Origin: Zygnema circumcarinatum SAG 698-1b
Lineage: Eukaryota; Plantae; Zygnematophyceae
Assembly (NCBI GenBank): GCA_037447605.1
Contig: CM074819.1
Location: 1,138,297 to 1,202,296, forward strand
Reading direction: 5' to 3'
DNA: 64,000 nucleotides
The translations under genes were made by a program, and so were the position numbers. Below, piece after piece: positions 48,561 to 61,012 of the stretch. The notes below the pieces were generated by a model. It was not told where the DNA came from and did not search any database. It was given only the letters and a program-made list of their open reading frames with translations. Every line of letters begins with the position of its first letter. Positions within the stretch are counted from its first letter, which is position 1.

Positions 48561-49414
48561 GAAAAACACAATACATTAACGTTTTCTGCAGTTTGAGAAC
48601 CATTCGTAAACTCGATTATTAACGACATTTAACTAGCAAAACCGACGGCTGTAGCAGTCACACTTGAAGGCTCAAATGCGACAAACTTCTTGAAAATCCA
48701 TCAGGCAATTTTTCCGGTTCCCAATTCCGTACATTCGACGGCGTGGCCCAATCTCGGCCTGTCAGCCGCTAGATCTCAATCCCGACGATCCACCGTTGGA
48801 TGTTCGCCACGTGACAGGCCTACAAGCTGAGATTGCAATGATTAGGTCAATCTTCACAAAATCACTCGATACATACGAAGCGGTATCATTCAGGAACTTA
48901 CTACGAAAACTTTAAGCAATTAAATGTACTAGTTCAGGATACACTAGTTTGGATTCCTGAATCTGTACTGACTTCAGACTGTACTGACTTGACTGTCCTA
49001 AATAGTCAAGGGACCAGTACCGCCCATTGTGGTACTGTACTGTACACTCAAATTGATGAGCGTACGGACAATCGTCCGTACCGCCTTAAAAGGGAGTACG
49101 GATAGTCGGCGGCCCTCCCCCGCAGCTCTCCCTCCCTTCCTCCCTCCCTCCGCCTCTCTACACCGCGCCCTCCCTCTCTCACTCTCATTCCCTCTCATTA
49201 AGCCACGCTCTCTCTTTCCCTCTCACTCTTCTTCTATTTCTCCCTCTCAATCACCCTCTCATTCCTCTCCATTCAATTTTTCTCTCTTTTCTACTCTCCC
49301 TCTCCCTCGGCCCTCCCCTCGCTCTCTCCCTCGCTCTCTCCCTCCACCCGCTCCCTGCTCCCTCCCAGAAACGCTAAAAGGCGTCACAGATTCCCTTCAC
49401 GGTCCACAAAAGCA

Positions 49415-52400
49415 ATGAGGCGGCTCCAGGTGGCGCTGCTCCTGCTGCTGCGCTGGCACTTGACGTCAGCCGTATTCCTGCAACCCTCCGCCGGTACTGC
49501 CTCTCCTACTCTGCTATATTTGCTCTCTCTCTCTCCCTCTCTCTCTCACTTCAACCATGCTCTCCCTCCCTCCCACTCTCCCCCTCCCTCCCTCTCTCCC
49601 TCCCTCCTCCCNNNNNNNNNNCCCTCCCCTCCCTCCCGCGTGCACATGCAACGCTCCTCCGTCCCCGCCCCCTGAGCCCGTCAGAGCGTGCCACGTGTTC
49701 CGTCCGTACAGAGCGCGTGCTGCTTCGCGTGCGGCGCGAGATCCCTTTGGACGGCGCGGCGGTGCTGACGTCATGGCGGCGCGGCGCCGCGTGCGAGGCG
49801 TGGTACGGCGTCACGTGCGACGACAACGGCCACGTCACCGCCCTGTGAGTGTTGCCGTACTGTACGGATCATAAGGGGGGCGAGAACGGTTCAACTTGAC
49901 TGCGACCTTCAAGCTTCAAAAGAAGATGGTGCGGGAAAAAGCAAAAAGACAAAAGGAAACTCAAACTATTGCGAATAGTTTCAACTTTGAAGCGCCATTT
50001 GTGGTAGAAATTTGAAAGCATTACTTGTATAAAAAAACAAAAGCTACCTTCAAATGGCTAACCCTTAATCTCCTGAACCCTAGCGTCCGTATTTCCTAGA
50101 TCATAAGCCTTAGTGTTTCAAAGAAGATGGGGTTGAGGGCCGCAGGGACCTCACGGGGTCGCCATTTGCAGGCGCCCTCCCTGTGTCGATCAGCCACCTC
50201 GCCTCCCTCCGCTCTCTGTGAGTGGGAGAGGAGGGGAGGGGGAGGAGGATGGGAGAGCAGAGGGGGAGGAGGATGGGGAGGGGGAAGTGGGGNNNNNNNN
50301 NNGGAGGGGGGAGGGGGGAGGGGGAAAAGTGCTGACAGGTTGAGCGCGTGCAGATATTTGGGCGGTCCGGAGGGGCTCAACAATTTCACCGGCAGAATTC
50401 CATTCTGTTACGGCAAACTGATTAATCTTACAACGCTGTGAGCATGGAAACCTTAAAACCCTCCAAACCCAAAACAGAAAAGGGAAATCTTGCACATCTA
50501 CTGCCTAGCAAATACACGAAATTCCTTTAACCCCTAAGTTCTACACAAATTGCCATTGCATTCCAAAACCCCGAAACAGTTCACAAACGGCCTATACAAG
50601 GGGTCCTTTTTTGAAATGCTTAAAATGGCAAATCTTCTTCTTTCGCGGAAGTTATTTTCCGGAGAGAGAGGGGAGCGAGAGAGTATAGGGAGAGAAGGGA
50701 TGATGGGAGTGGACGAAACGGCGAGCGTGAGAGAGAGTGATTGACGACACCACCACCTAAGTTAAACCCCATAAAGTCACAATTCCTCATTAAAGTCACA
50801 TCGGGCGCAGATATCTCGCCCATAACAGCCTCGTGGGCGCCATTCCGAGCTCCCTCCGCAAACTCATCTTGCTCGAATCTCTGTCAGCCCTCTCCCTCCT
50901 TCCTCACATGCCCCCTCACTCGCTCTCCCACTCTCTCCCTCCTTCCTCTCTTGCTCTCTCTCGCTCACTCACTGTGTCTTTCCATTCCCCATTCCAACGC
51001 ATTGTTTCTCACTCTCCCTCTCTCTTTCTCCCGCCCTTCATTTCTCTTTCCTCTGTCGCCTCGTTCATTCTCCTCCTTCCCCTTCTCCGAACTCGTCGTC
51101 CTTTCCCTACCGCCCATTTTCTCAACCCCTTTTCCTTCTGCCTTCCTTCGTCCGTCCCTCTCTCTCTCCTCTTCCTTCTCCTTCCCTCCCTCCCTCCCTC
51201 CCCTCCTAGCATCATTACCGCTCACACAAACCCCACCCCTCTTGCAGGTATTTATCCAACAACGAATTGGAGGGCCCGCTCCCTTTCGCCCTCTCGGCGC
51301 TTTCCTCTCTACGGGAGCTGTGCGTCTCTCCCTTTCCCTCTTCCTCTCCCTCTTCCTCTCCCTCTCCCTCCCCTCTTCCTCTCCCTCTCCCTCCCCTCTC
51401 CCTCTCCCTCTTGGGCTTCCATCCGACTGTCAGCTGCTCTGCTCTCGGTCTTCATGTTCCATGTGAACTGAGAAAGTGAAAATTCTGCACTGAACGGAAA
51501 GTATCGCGTTCTGTGTGCACTGTGCAGAGATTTATCCAACAACAATTTTGACGGTCAGATTCCGTCGTACATCCAACGGCTCAGGAACCTCGAATATTTG
51601 TAAAGCTCAAAACCCTAATTGAGGTTTGGCCGAACTGTCAACAGTCTCTTTCTATCAAACTCTTTGCTTGATTTTTTTTTTGAAAGAGAAACATCAAACA
51701 TCTTCGTCTCTCCCTCCCCCATCCCCTCCCCTTTTTTTTTAATCTTTATTTTATATACACAGAGACCTTTCGAACAATTTGTTTTCGGGAAATATTCCAT
51801 CATCGGTGGTTCAGAGGCTTACAAGGTTACGCTTCATGTGAGTGATTTTCTAAGAGCCACAAAGATCTTAGGGTTTTTAGGGTCATCTAACTTTAAAATA
51901 CTGGCAAAAGAATTTGGAAGTGCCAAATGTGACGCAGATTCGATAAATTTTGAATTTTTTTTACGGGGTTTTCTTCAAATTTCCCTAAAGTCTATACCTG
52001 ATGCCTTTCTTTTTCAGGCACCTCCATAACAATTTGTTATCGGGGAAAATTCCGAATAGCGTCGGAAGCCTCACCAACCTTCAAGATGCGTAAGTCAACC
52101 ATCAATATCTTCGCCCTCTGAATAACCGAAAGGAATCAATAACATATATTATATAGGCATAAATATTTACATATGTATAAATTGTTAATTTGTATTTGCA
52201 ATGGAGAATAACATCGTTTTTCTCCTGTCCCTCTCTTCTCTTATTTTTTTTGTCCGTTTCCCCCCTTCGCCCTCTTTCTTTTGGGCAGTTCTGTCTCCAA
52301 CAACCAATTGGAAGGCCCCATTCCCTCGGAATTTGGAAATTTGCCGTATTTGGTTTTTTTGTGAGTTGGCGATCCTTAGTAGCTGACAGGCCTAGAAGTG

Positions 52401-53943
52401 AAATAAGTTCTAAAATTGAATCTTGAGTTCAAATTTACAATTACAGTCAATAGTCATATTTTCGCCATGGGTTTTGGCCAATATGAGGCGAAAATATTGA
52501 TTTTGCAAATATAAGGTTCGTGTTACCAATAGACGGGCGGTATTCTGTTAAGGTTCATGTTGGACCGTACATATCGTACCGTATCATATCGTATTGTATA
52601 ATATCGTACCGTATCGTACTGTATCGTTTAGCATCGGCTACTACAGCGCGTACGGCTAGTACGGATAGTACCGTATCGGGGCGTTTCGTATCGTAACGAA
52701 TCGTATCGTATCGTATCGTATCGAGGTCGAGGTTAAAAAATGTTGAAGGAAAATTTAACTTTTATCTTTTTTGACGATTTTGAAGGGACCTTTCTTACAA
52801 CCAACTTTCTGGCGGAATTCCACAAACTCTAGTGAGCCGTACAAGCTTGAACGTTCTGTAAGTCCCCAAAACAAAACAAAAAAAAAAATCTCGAATCTAA
52901 ACGTATTTTTTTTGTTTTGACTGAAAACTAAACTTTGCGTACTAGATAACTTTTTTTTTTAGTGATTTATTTCCAACTTATTTTTTTTGTTTTTTGGCAG
53001 ACTCTTAGCCTACAACAATCTGAGCGGCTCGATTCCGGAAAACATCGGAGACTGCTCCGGCCTTGATCATCTGTGAGGGAAAAATCTGCTATTTTTAGGG
53101 CCCTGAAATTTCCGATTTTTTGAGTAGGGTTTTAGAAGTTCCAGGTTGTTGGGGTTTCGGAAACATTCGTTGTTAGGAGTTTAGGAATTCAAGCAGTGGG
53201 TTGTTCCATTTTCTGAGGGGTTTTGTGTGCGGAACTGAGAGGCAGTTACATGGCCCTCCTTTCAGAGACTTGTCGTTCAACAATTTCACCGGCAGCCTTC
53301 CCCCCTCTCAACCCCTCATCCAGCACCAAGATCTCTTCTCTCGCTCTTTCTCTCTCGCTCTCTCTTCGCCTCTCCCCTTCCCCCCATGTCGCCCTCCGTT
53401 TGAATTTCCGTTCATACTTGCGACTTCATTACACTATTTTCGCCAAATTCGCAATCGCGTGAAAGAATATGTGCGGGATAGAAGGAAAGGTGAGAGCTTT
53501 AGCGATATCAGAGAGTGACAGCGAGGGAGAGACAAAGATGGAAAGGCGAAGTTTAAGAATGGAGAGAGAGAGAGAGCGAACAAGAGGACAAAACGTTTTG
53601 ACAATACGAGAAAACGGAGAGAGCGAGACGGAGGGAGAGAGCGAGTGAGAGTGAAACCTGAACCCCCTTCATGTCCTGCAGAAACCTCTCCCACAACCTC
53701 CTCTCCGGCCCCGTCGACCTGCGCTTCGAGAGCGCCGTCGCCTTCGCCTCTCCCGACGCCGGCGTGGACCTCTCCGCCAACTTCCTCTCCGGCGCGCCGT
53801 GCATGGCCGTGCAAGGCGCCGGCGCCGGCGCGTGCGCTCTGTTCCGTTTAACGGCCAACTGTCTCGACCTCGCGGCGGTTCCATGCACTGCGCAACAGCG
53901 AACGCCGGAAGCGTGCGCCGCCTTCGGGCGGGCGCCGGGCTGA
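49415..53943 (+). CDS. Secreted extracellular-LRR protein (LRR-RLK/RLP-type ectodomain) with no TM or kinase found; possibly partly pseudogenised
   Basis: Signal peptide [20 protein letters not shown]; LRRNT SWRRGAACEAWYGVTCDDNGHVTAL; about ten xLxxNxLxGxIP repeats, mostly on separate 72-bp exons (~50810, 51249, 51528, 52018, 52286, 52785, 53001); final exon 53682-53943 ends CAAFGRAPG*. The exon at ~53266 has no GT at the expected position. Confidence 0.8.
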
Positions 53944-54159
53944 GGATATGTCGGCAATTCGATTCGTTATATTTTTTCAAAAAAAAAAAGAATAAGAATG
54001 AAGTACGTACGAGAAGTAGATTTCTGCTTCAATCTTTTTCTTTAGTCGTTAGGTTCTTTGTAGCGGTTGGTTCTTCGTGGTTCCTCAAGTTGTTCTCGTC
54101 CATGTACATTTCATGGCATCGCCGTCACGAGATTGTTAGTGAGTGGTACATAGTTCATG

Positions 54160-54500
54160 AAGAGCATGTAGTTGTTTCAGAGTCTAGTTCGCATGCTAGT
54201 CTAGGATCTGCACATTGGGAGGAGCATGTGGCGCATTCTGATTGGCTGCTGCATTGGCACGGAGCGCTGTGATTGGTCGCGATACGTGGCGCTCGGAGAT
54301 GTACGTGAGGGGAGCTCCAGAAAACTCGCGGAGTTCCTTTTGCCGAAATCTTATTGGCTTGCAAGGCGCGCAGTAGCGTGACGTGACGACGAGTGTTCCG
54401 GAAGTCACGTCACACTGCGACTGATAAATTGCGGAGGAAATGAGCGAGCTGTAACCCTTAGTGCAGGCTGCTAGTGCAGAGAGCAATAATGCAACTGAAC
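54160..54500. mobile_element. LTR-like promoter-rich segment running into a 100-N gap
   Basis: Several ATTGG boxes and TGACGTGAC/GTCACGTCAC, a composition resembling the 42665-43696 LTR; no termini can be verified. Confidence 0.3.
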
Positions 54501-54600
54501 NNNNNNNNNNNNNNNNNNNNNNNNNNNNNNNNNNNNNNNNNNNNNNNNNNNNNNNNNNNNNNNNNNNNNNNNNNNNNNNNNNNNNNNNNNNNNNNNNNNN
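54501..54600. other. 100-N scaffold gap (10-N gaps also at ~37108, 39820, 40827, 42256, 44125, 44794, 49612, 50293, 58454)
   Basis: Runs of N in the sequence; adjacency across these gaps is unverified. Confidence 1.
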
Positions 54601-55835
54601 AATCGTTGTGAACCGCTGGCATCCACCGGTTCCAAACCAATCAATGGTTGTTTCTGATCCGGCGGCACTGGTTGGCAACCGTCGAATGGTTATATCCATT
54701 AAATCAAATGATTGGCACCACAGAAATCACTAGTTGTCAACGTTGGCAACCCACCAAAAATACACATACGCACCCATTTTTGAGCCCCTACATCTCCCTA
54801 CACGTTTGACTTACAAGAAACTATTAGTTTCTTTGAAGTACTCACGAACCCTAAGCCTAGCCTGAACCCTAAATCTGACTCCTGCTCCTCCTCGCGATTC
54901 TGACTGCTCCTCCTCACAAAGCGCCAAGACTCATGCGCCTCCCCACGCCATTTAACAAACAACAACAAAACAAAACAAAATAAATTCAGCAGAGCATGTC
55001 CATCCACCCAAGAGAAGAAAATGAGCACAGAAAACACACACATCGCAGTATTCGCATTTTCAGATAATCACATACAGTTGAAAAAAATTCATATCAGAAA
55101 TTTCAGAGCGTGCAGTTTTGCTGAAAATAAAAAGACTGCCAAAAGCAGTGGAAGTTTCAAAAAGAAAATAACGAAGCACTTCAAAATTACGAAAGAACGA
55201 ATTTACGAATTACATATGAAATGAAGTTACAGCTTCAAGACTGAACCTTCAACTCCAGCCCTTAGACTCTACCACACTTTTAAACTCCTAAATGAATACC
55301 CCCAACCTTCCTTACCCACCCTCCCTCTCTCTCTCTCTCTCCTCTTTTTCTCACTCCATCCCTCTCTCTCTCATTCCCTCCCTCCTTCCCTACCTCCCTC
55401 CCTCCAGGGTTCAGGGTAGGAAAAAGAGCATAATTTCAGAAATTCAATGGTTGCCAACCATTGGATCACTGGTTCCGAACCAGTCGAATGGTTGTTTCAG
55501 TCCTGCGCCACTGGTTCGCAACCAGTCGACTGGTTTCCAACCAGTGGATCCACTGGTTCCAAACCAGTCGAATGGTTGTTTCGATCCGGCGGCACTGGTT
55601 GGCAACCAGTCGAATGGTTGCCAACCAGTGGATCCACTGGTTCCAAACCAGTCGAATGGTTGTTTCCGTCCGGAGCCTCGAATGGTTGCCAACCAGTGGC
55701 ATCCACTGGTTCCAAACCAGTCGAATGGTTGTTTCGGTCCTGAGCCACTGGTTGGCAACCAGTCGAATGGTTGTTTCGGTCCGCAACCACTGGTTGCCAA
55801 CCAGTCGACTGGTTTGTCTAATGGTCCGATCTGTG
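54601..55835. mobile_element. Copy 2 of the 42-bp-repeat TIR element (left end hidden in the gap), with an extra ~640-bp internal segment
   Basis: 54601-54782 matches copy 1 left part without the nested insertions; ~55421-55835 matches ~7245-7548 with more repeat units and ends in the same TGGTCCGATCTGTG. Confidence 0.85.
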
Positions 55836-56959
55836 AAATGTTTACGACCCTAAGAGCCTACGAGCCTACGAGCCGAGGAGCACAAGGAGCCTACGAAACG
55901 AGGAGCACAAGGAGCCTACGAGCCTACGAGCCGAGCGCTCCGCCTCTTAAGGGCCCGCCAACAGCGCGGCCCTCGAACGACTTCTAGGTCGACCATTTGT
56001 CGTATTTGTCACGTCTCTTCACGTCGTGTTCGCAAGTCGACGACCTGTGTGACGTCAAGCGTGCGTCTCTAGCGTCGGCGATGCCCCCTCAGGGACCTGC
56101 CCGAAATGCGCGGCCGTCCGCCGTGGCAGGCGACAAACACTGGCCGTACGATCGCACCAGATCGTACACTACGGTTCACGTGTCAATGCATCTCGACGTC
56201 GATCGTCCGATTCGGTCACGTATCGTACGGTCAGTCGTCACAGACCGTATGTCAACGTGGCAGTCGTTAGAGACTGCCACCTGTCAGTGTTAAACCGAAT
56301 CCTAAAAGAAGCCTCACGCCTTTCGCCAATCAGGATATGCCACGTATGAAATTTGTGACACGTGGCATATTTGGATTGGTTTGGATCGCCCTATTTTATC
56401 GCGCTGTTGTGCCTTTTACCTCCCCCAGACTTGAATCCATCCGTACAACGGAGTCCGTACATCGCGTTGACTATCGACAGCCGCGAGGAAGGGAAACAAC
56501 AAAATGTGTACCAATATACTGTACGAACATAGAGGACGTGCGCCAATGATTGTACGGACGACAAAAAAGGTCCATCCTGCGCATATTGCGGTGACGGGTC
56601 GTACGAACAGAACGTACGGACCATCCGTCCGTACGGCCTGTCGTCGGCGCCGCCGCCACTTCCCGCGGGTCCCCGGAGGCGGGGAAGGACTGGGGGAGGG
56701 AGGGAGGGAGGGAGGGAGGGAGGGAGGGAGGGAGGGAGAGAGGGAGGGAGAGAGAGGGAGAGGGAGAGGGAGAGAGGGAGAAAAAAAGAGAGAGAGAGAG
56801 AAGGTCACAGGAGCGAGGGGGGATGAGAGATCTGCGAGAGTGAGAGGGTGAGGGAGAGGGAGAGGGAGTCGCAGCTTCGGGGATAATTGTACCCTTGGAA
56901 CACGGATTCAATCAACTGGTTGATTATAATATATAAAATTTAACCAATTAGGGCTTAAA

Positions 56960-57854
56960 ATGCATTTATTTAAGGAAAGGTTCGTGGTTTCGATCGTGGT
57001 CGTCGCCTGTGTGCTCGCAGGGACAGGTGTCACGCTGCTATTGGCCTATCCTAGTGGGAAAAATATGGTTTCTGGGAGCGATTTAAATTGGGTACAGTAC
57101 TCAAACGGGGGAAGGAGGCGACTCGCGGAAAAGGAGGAAATGAATGATTCAGGTGTGAGAGAGAGGGAAGCTGAAAAATTAAACATAATAAAAGGGGTCT
57201 GTGGCTCTCTGATGATTTAAGTTATTTAGAACAATCTTGACCACACGATTCAAAATTCTAATCTCTTTGATCCCTCCATATGTCATAGATAAAAATAAAT
57301 AAATAAAATTGAATATGGGTCGACTGAGAGAGAGCATATGCAACGAAAAATGGAGTTCATAAAAAAAAAAATACGTACGTAAATACGTTTTACGTTGTAT
57401 ATCATCACAAAGACGATCTTCAAACTTCCTCAAACATAGTTTTTAAACGCTTCATACCCTGTACAAAAAATGAAGCCATCATCGGCTCTTAATAATCAGC
57501 AGTCATAGTCAAAGCTCAAGCACAGAACCTCCCTCCCTCCCTCCCTCTGTCTGAATCTCAATTTCAATTTCAACTCAATTTCAATTTCAATTTCAATTCA
57601 ACTCAATTTCAATTTCGATTTCAATTTCAACTCAATTTCAATTTCAATTTCAATTCAACTCCATTTCACTTTCAGGAGGCGGCGGCATGAGGTATGTCGG
57701 CGGAAAAAATGGAGTCATTCCGATGGAGAGTGCGACCGCTTCACTTCCCATCGACTCCTCCATTCTTGACTTAGCGCGGAGGGGCATCGGACTGCCGGAT
57801 CGGAGCTTCGTTGAAGTGGGGGCTGCCCCCCACAGCTTCATTCGGTACAGGTGG

Positions 57855-57902
<48 letters not shown>

Positions 57903-58402
57903 AAAAACATAGGGTCTATCCCTTCTCCTTCCTTGCTTCCTTTTGCCTCCTCCCTCCATCCTCTATTCTCCTCCCTAGGTATCTCCCTCCCTCCTTCCCT
58001 GGCTCCACCTTCCACCCACCCATCCTCCCTTCTTTCCTACAAACCTCCCTTCTGCTTCCCTACAACCCCTCCCTTTCTTTCTTCCGTTCTTGCTTTCTTT
58101 CTTTCTTTGTTTCTTTGTTTCTTTCTTCCTTTCTTCCTTTCTTCTTTGTTTCTTTGCTTGTTTGTTTGTTTCTTTCTTCTTTGCTTCTTTGTTTCTTCGT
58201 TTCTTTCTTTTTTGTTTCTTTCTCCCTCCCTCCCTCCCTCCCTCCCTCCCTCCCTCACAGTGCAGTTTTCCCCATGCAGCGCGTACCGGTTCAACCTGAC
58301 GTCATTTTACGTCATCGGTCTCGCCAGCTTCCCCCTCCTCAAAGAACGCGGCAGCCCCATCAGTGGATGCTTCTGGCTGCCCGCCAACATCACGGACATG
58401 TA

Positions 58403-58453
<51 letters not shown>

Positions 58454-58463
58454 NNNNNNNNNN

Positions 58464-58514
<51 letters not shown>

Positions 58515-61012
58515 TCTCTCCGCCTCTCTTCACTCGCCCCTTCTCTCCCCACCCACCTCTCTCCCTCTGCCTTTCTCCCTTTCGCTCTCCCTCTTCCCCG
58601 CTCGCTCTCTCCCTCCGCACCCTCCCTCTCTCGTCTCTCTCGTGCTCCCTCTCGTTTTTATTCTCTTCCCTCTCTCTCCCTTCCCTCCACTCTCTCTAAC
58701 ATCCCCCTCTCCCTCCCGCACTTCTTTTTCCAAAAGCTATTCTAAAGCACTCCTGTTTGCTTGCATTCGTTCAAAGGAAAACTCTCAGTGTGACCTCTCT
58801 CCCTCTTCTCCCTTTCGCTCTCCTTCTTACCCGCTCGCTCTCTCCCTCCGCACCCTCCCTCTCTCGCTTTCTCTCGTGCCCCCTCTCGCTTTTCATTCTC
58901 CTCCCTTTCTCTCCCTACCCTCCACTCTTTCTAACATCTCCCTCTCCCTCCCACACTTCTTCCTCCAAAAGCTATTCTAAAGCACCCCTGTTTGCTTGCA
59001 TTCGTTTAAAGGAGAACTCTCACTGTGACCTCTCTCCCTCTTTGCACTTGAGCTGACGCTCCTTGAGGGCTGTGCAGAGAGGAAGGCCAAACTGTGAAAG
59101 GAAAAGTTCGAGGCTTCATAGCGGATGAATCGCACAAAGGCATTCTTTATGATGCTCTGGACATACAGTGCACGTTTTCGGAAGTAGTTGGAGGAGACAT
59201 GGGAGGGTTCCTCTTCCTTCAGCTTAAGGAAGATACAGGTGACTTGTTCATTACTGTTTATTGTCCCTCCCATTGACTTCTCTCTCCGCCCTTTCTTCCT
59301 CACACTTTCTGCGAGACTCTCCCTCCTTTCTCTTTACGTACCCACATGTCTAATAAACTCGCTGCTGTCTATCTCTGTCACGTTCCCGTTCTCTCCCACT
59401 CTCTCTTTATCCTCTCTCTCTCCCCTGTCTCTCTTTGGTTTTTTTTTCTTCTCGATCCACTGCCGGCACGTTCCCTTCCAAATTCTCAATCCTCAATTTT
59501 CGCTTCCCGTATATGTCCTTCTCTTCCCCCTCGTCTCCCTCCTTTCCCTCATCTCCACTATCTCTGACTTCACTTCTCCTCCTCCTCTCCTTTTGACCCT
59601 CTGCTCACTCTCTCTCATATACTCTACGCTTGATGCCTTCTTATGTTTCTTTCTACATGCACAATCATTTCTGCAAGAAAATTGAAGCGTGATATTCCAC
59701 GCTTCCTTTCAGTTTTTCATATTTCCCAGCCCAGTAAATAAAAATCCATTACAAATCATCATACTTCTTATCCTAAGGAAAAAGCCCTTCTTGGAACTAT
59801 ATCATGTGATGACAGTCCAATGTTGATGCAGACATGTTGCAGACATGTTGTCATGTCATGTTGTACACATGTTGACATGATGTAGACATGTTGTTGATGC
59901 AGACTCCCGTTCAATCTATCAGCAACCTCCTGTTCTGGTCCTCCATGAACCCTCACTTAACCGAACGTTGTACGATTTTAAGGACGCAAACGACAAGAAG
60001 AACACGGTGGAGTACGTGCATTGCACCGCCCCCATCTTCAGCGATGTGCATGCGATGAGGATGAAAGAATTCATCCAATATTACTATGTTCTGTACGAAA
60101 AGAGTGCACACTTTGTGCTCTACAATGCGGGAGGGTTTGGGCATGAGATGTGGCAAACCCTAAACCCCTTAATCGATGCGAAGGTTGTGACTGTCATCGA
60201 CTTACTAGAAGCCGAAAAGTATCAAACATGGTTTCATCATCAAGCACTCGCACTCAGCGATTGCGTCCACGGCCTTGGCTTCTATGCAAGGTAAAATAAA
60301 AGTCAAGCCCTTCAGCTCTTTAGATATTTGAGGATTCAGTGCTTTCAAATCTCCTTTACATTGCTTGAGAAGGAAGGAATGCCGCGACGTTAGAATGTGC
60401 TCTCTGCACTTTCAGTTACGAGCTCAGAAAAACATCCAATTGCGTTTGAATTCTGGGTGCAGGTGGGTAGCCAACTTCGACTTTGACGAGTACCTTTTTG
60501 TGCAACCGCCAAGCACGCTGAGGGGGTTCTTAGACGAGCATAAGAACTATGACTCCATAAGCTTCGGCGGATACATCTACAGCATCACGCAATGTGTGGG
60601 AAATGCCGACGAGTTCACATGGTCCGTGGAGCGCATGATTTACCGCACTGAAAAGCCCTACTGCAACCACGCAATTGAGCGATTCCAACATCGTGAGGAG
60701 CTTTGTGAGTCGGTGCATGGCCGGCGGAAATGGCTGGCGAACTCTGCAAGGGTTGTGGTCCCAGCCGTGCACCTTGTGCGCGAACCGCAGGCGCACAAGT
60801 TCGTGACGAACACGAGCGTTGTGCGGTTCGCGCACTTCAGGCGACTGATGAACAAGGCGCAGCGCCTCTGCCGGGAGTGGCACACTCTAGAGGAGGAGGT
60901 TGTGGACGACAAGTACTCAACATGGGGATGCATAAAGTTTGTGAGAGATACAAGCTTGAGAGACGCGGGGGGGCCGGCGAGGTTGCAGCTCAATGGAAGG
61001 TTTGATTCCTGA
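56960..61012 (+). CDS. Glycosyltransferase family 92 (GALS-like beta-1,4-galactan synthase)
   Basis: N-terminal TM (VVSIVVVACVLAGTGVTLLLA); RSFVEVGAAPHS; FYVIGLASFPL; YVHCTAPIF; HFVLYNAGG; HHQALALSDC; WVANFDFDEYLF (DxD); RRKW; VPAVH; FAHF. Exons 56960-57152, 57676-~57850, ~58279-58400, ~59080-59240, ~59921-60290 and ~60463-61012. Confidence 0.88.
57555..57672. repeat. (TTTCAA)n microsatellite forming the 3' end of GT92 intron 1
   Basis: About 19 imperfect TTTCAA/CTCAA units directly before the TTTCAG acceptor. Confidence 0.9.
58560..59040. repeat. ~240-bp tandem duplication in a GT92 intron
   Basis: CCAAAAGCTATTCTAAAGCAC.CCTGTTTGCTTGCATTCGTT.AAAGGA.AACTCTCA.TGTGACCTCTCTCCCTCT occurs at ~58730 and ~58966, each preceded by homologous CT-rich sequence. 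Confidence 0.85.

Noticed and set aside
7903-61012. Apparent cell-wall cluster (methyltransferase, RWA acetyltransferase, GT92)
   Set aside because: The genes are 17-21 kb apart and interspersed with unrelated housekeeping genes; no evidence of a coordinated cluster.
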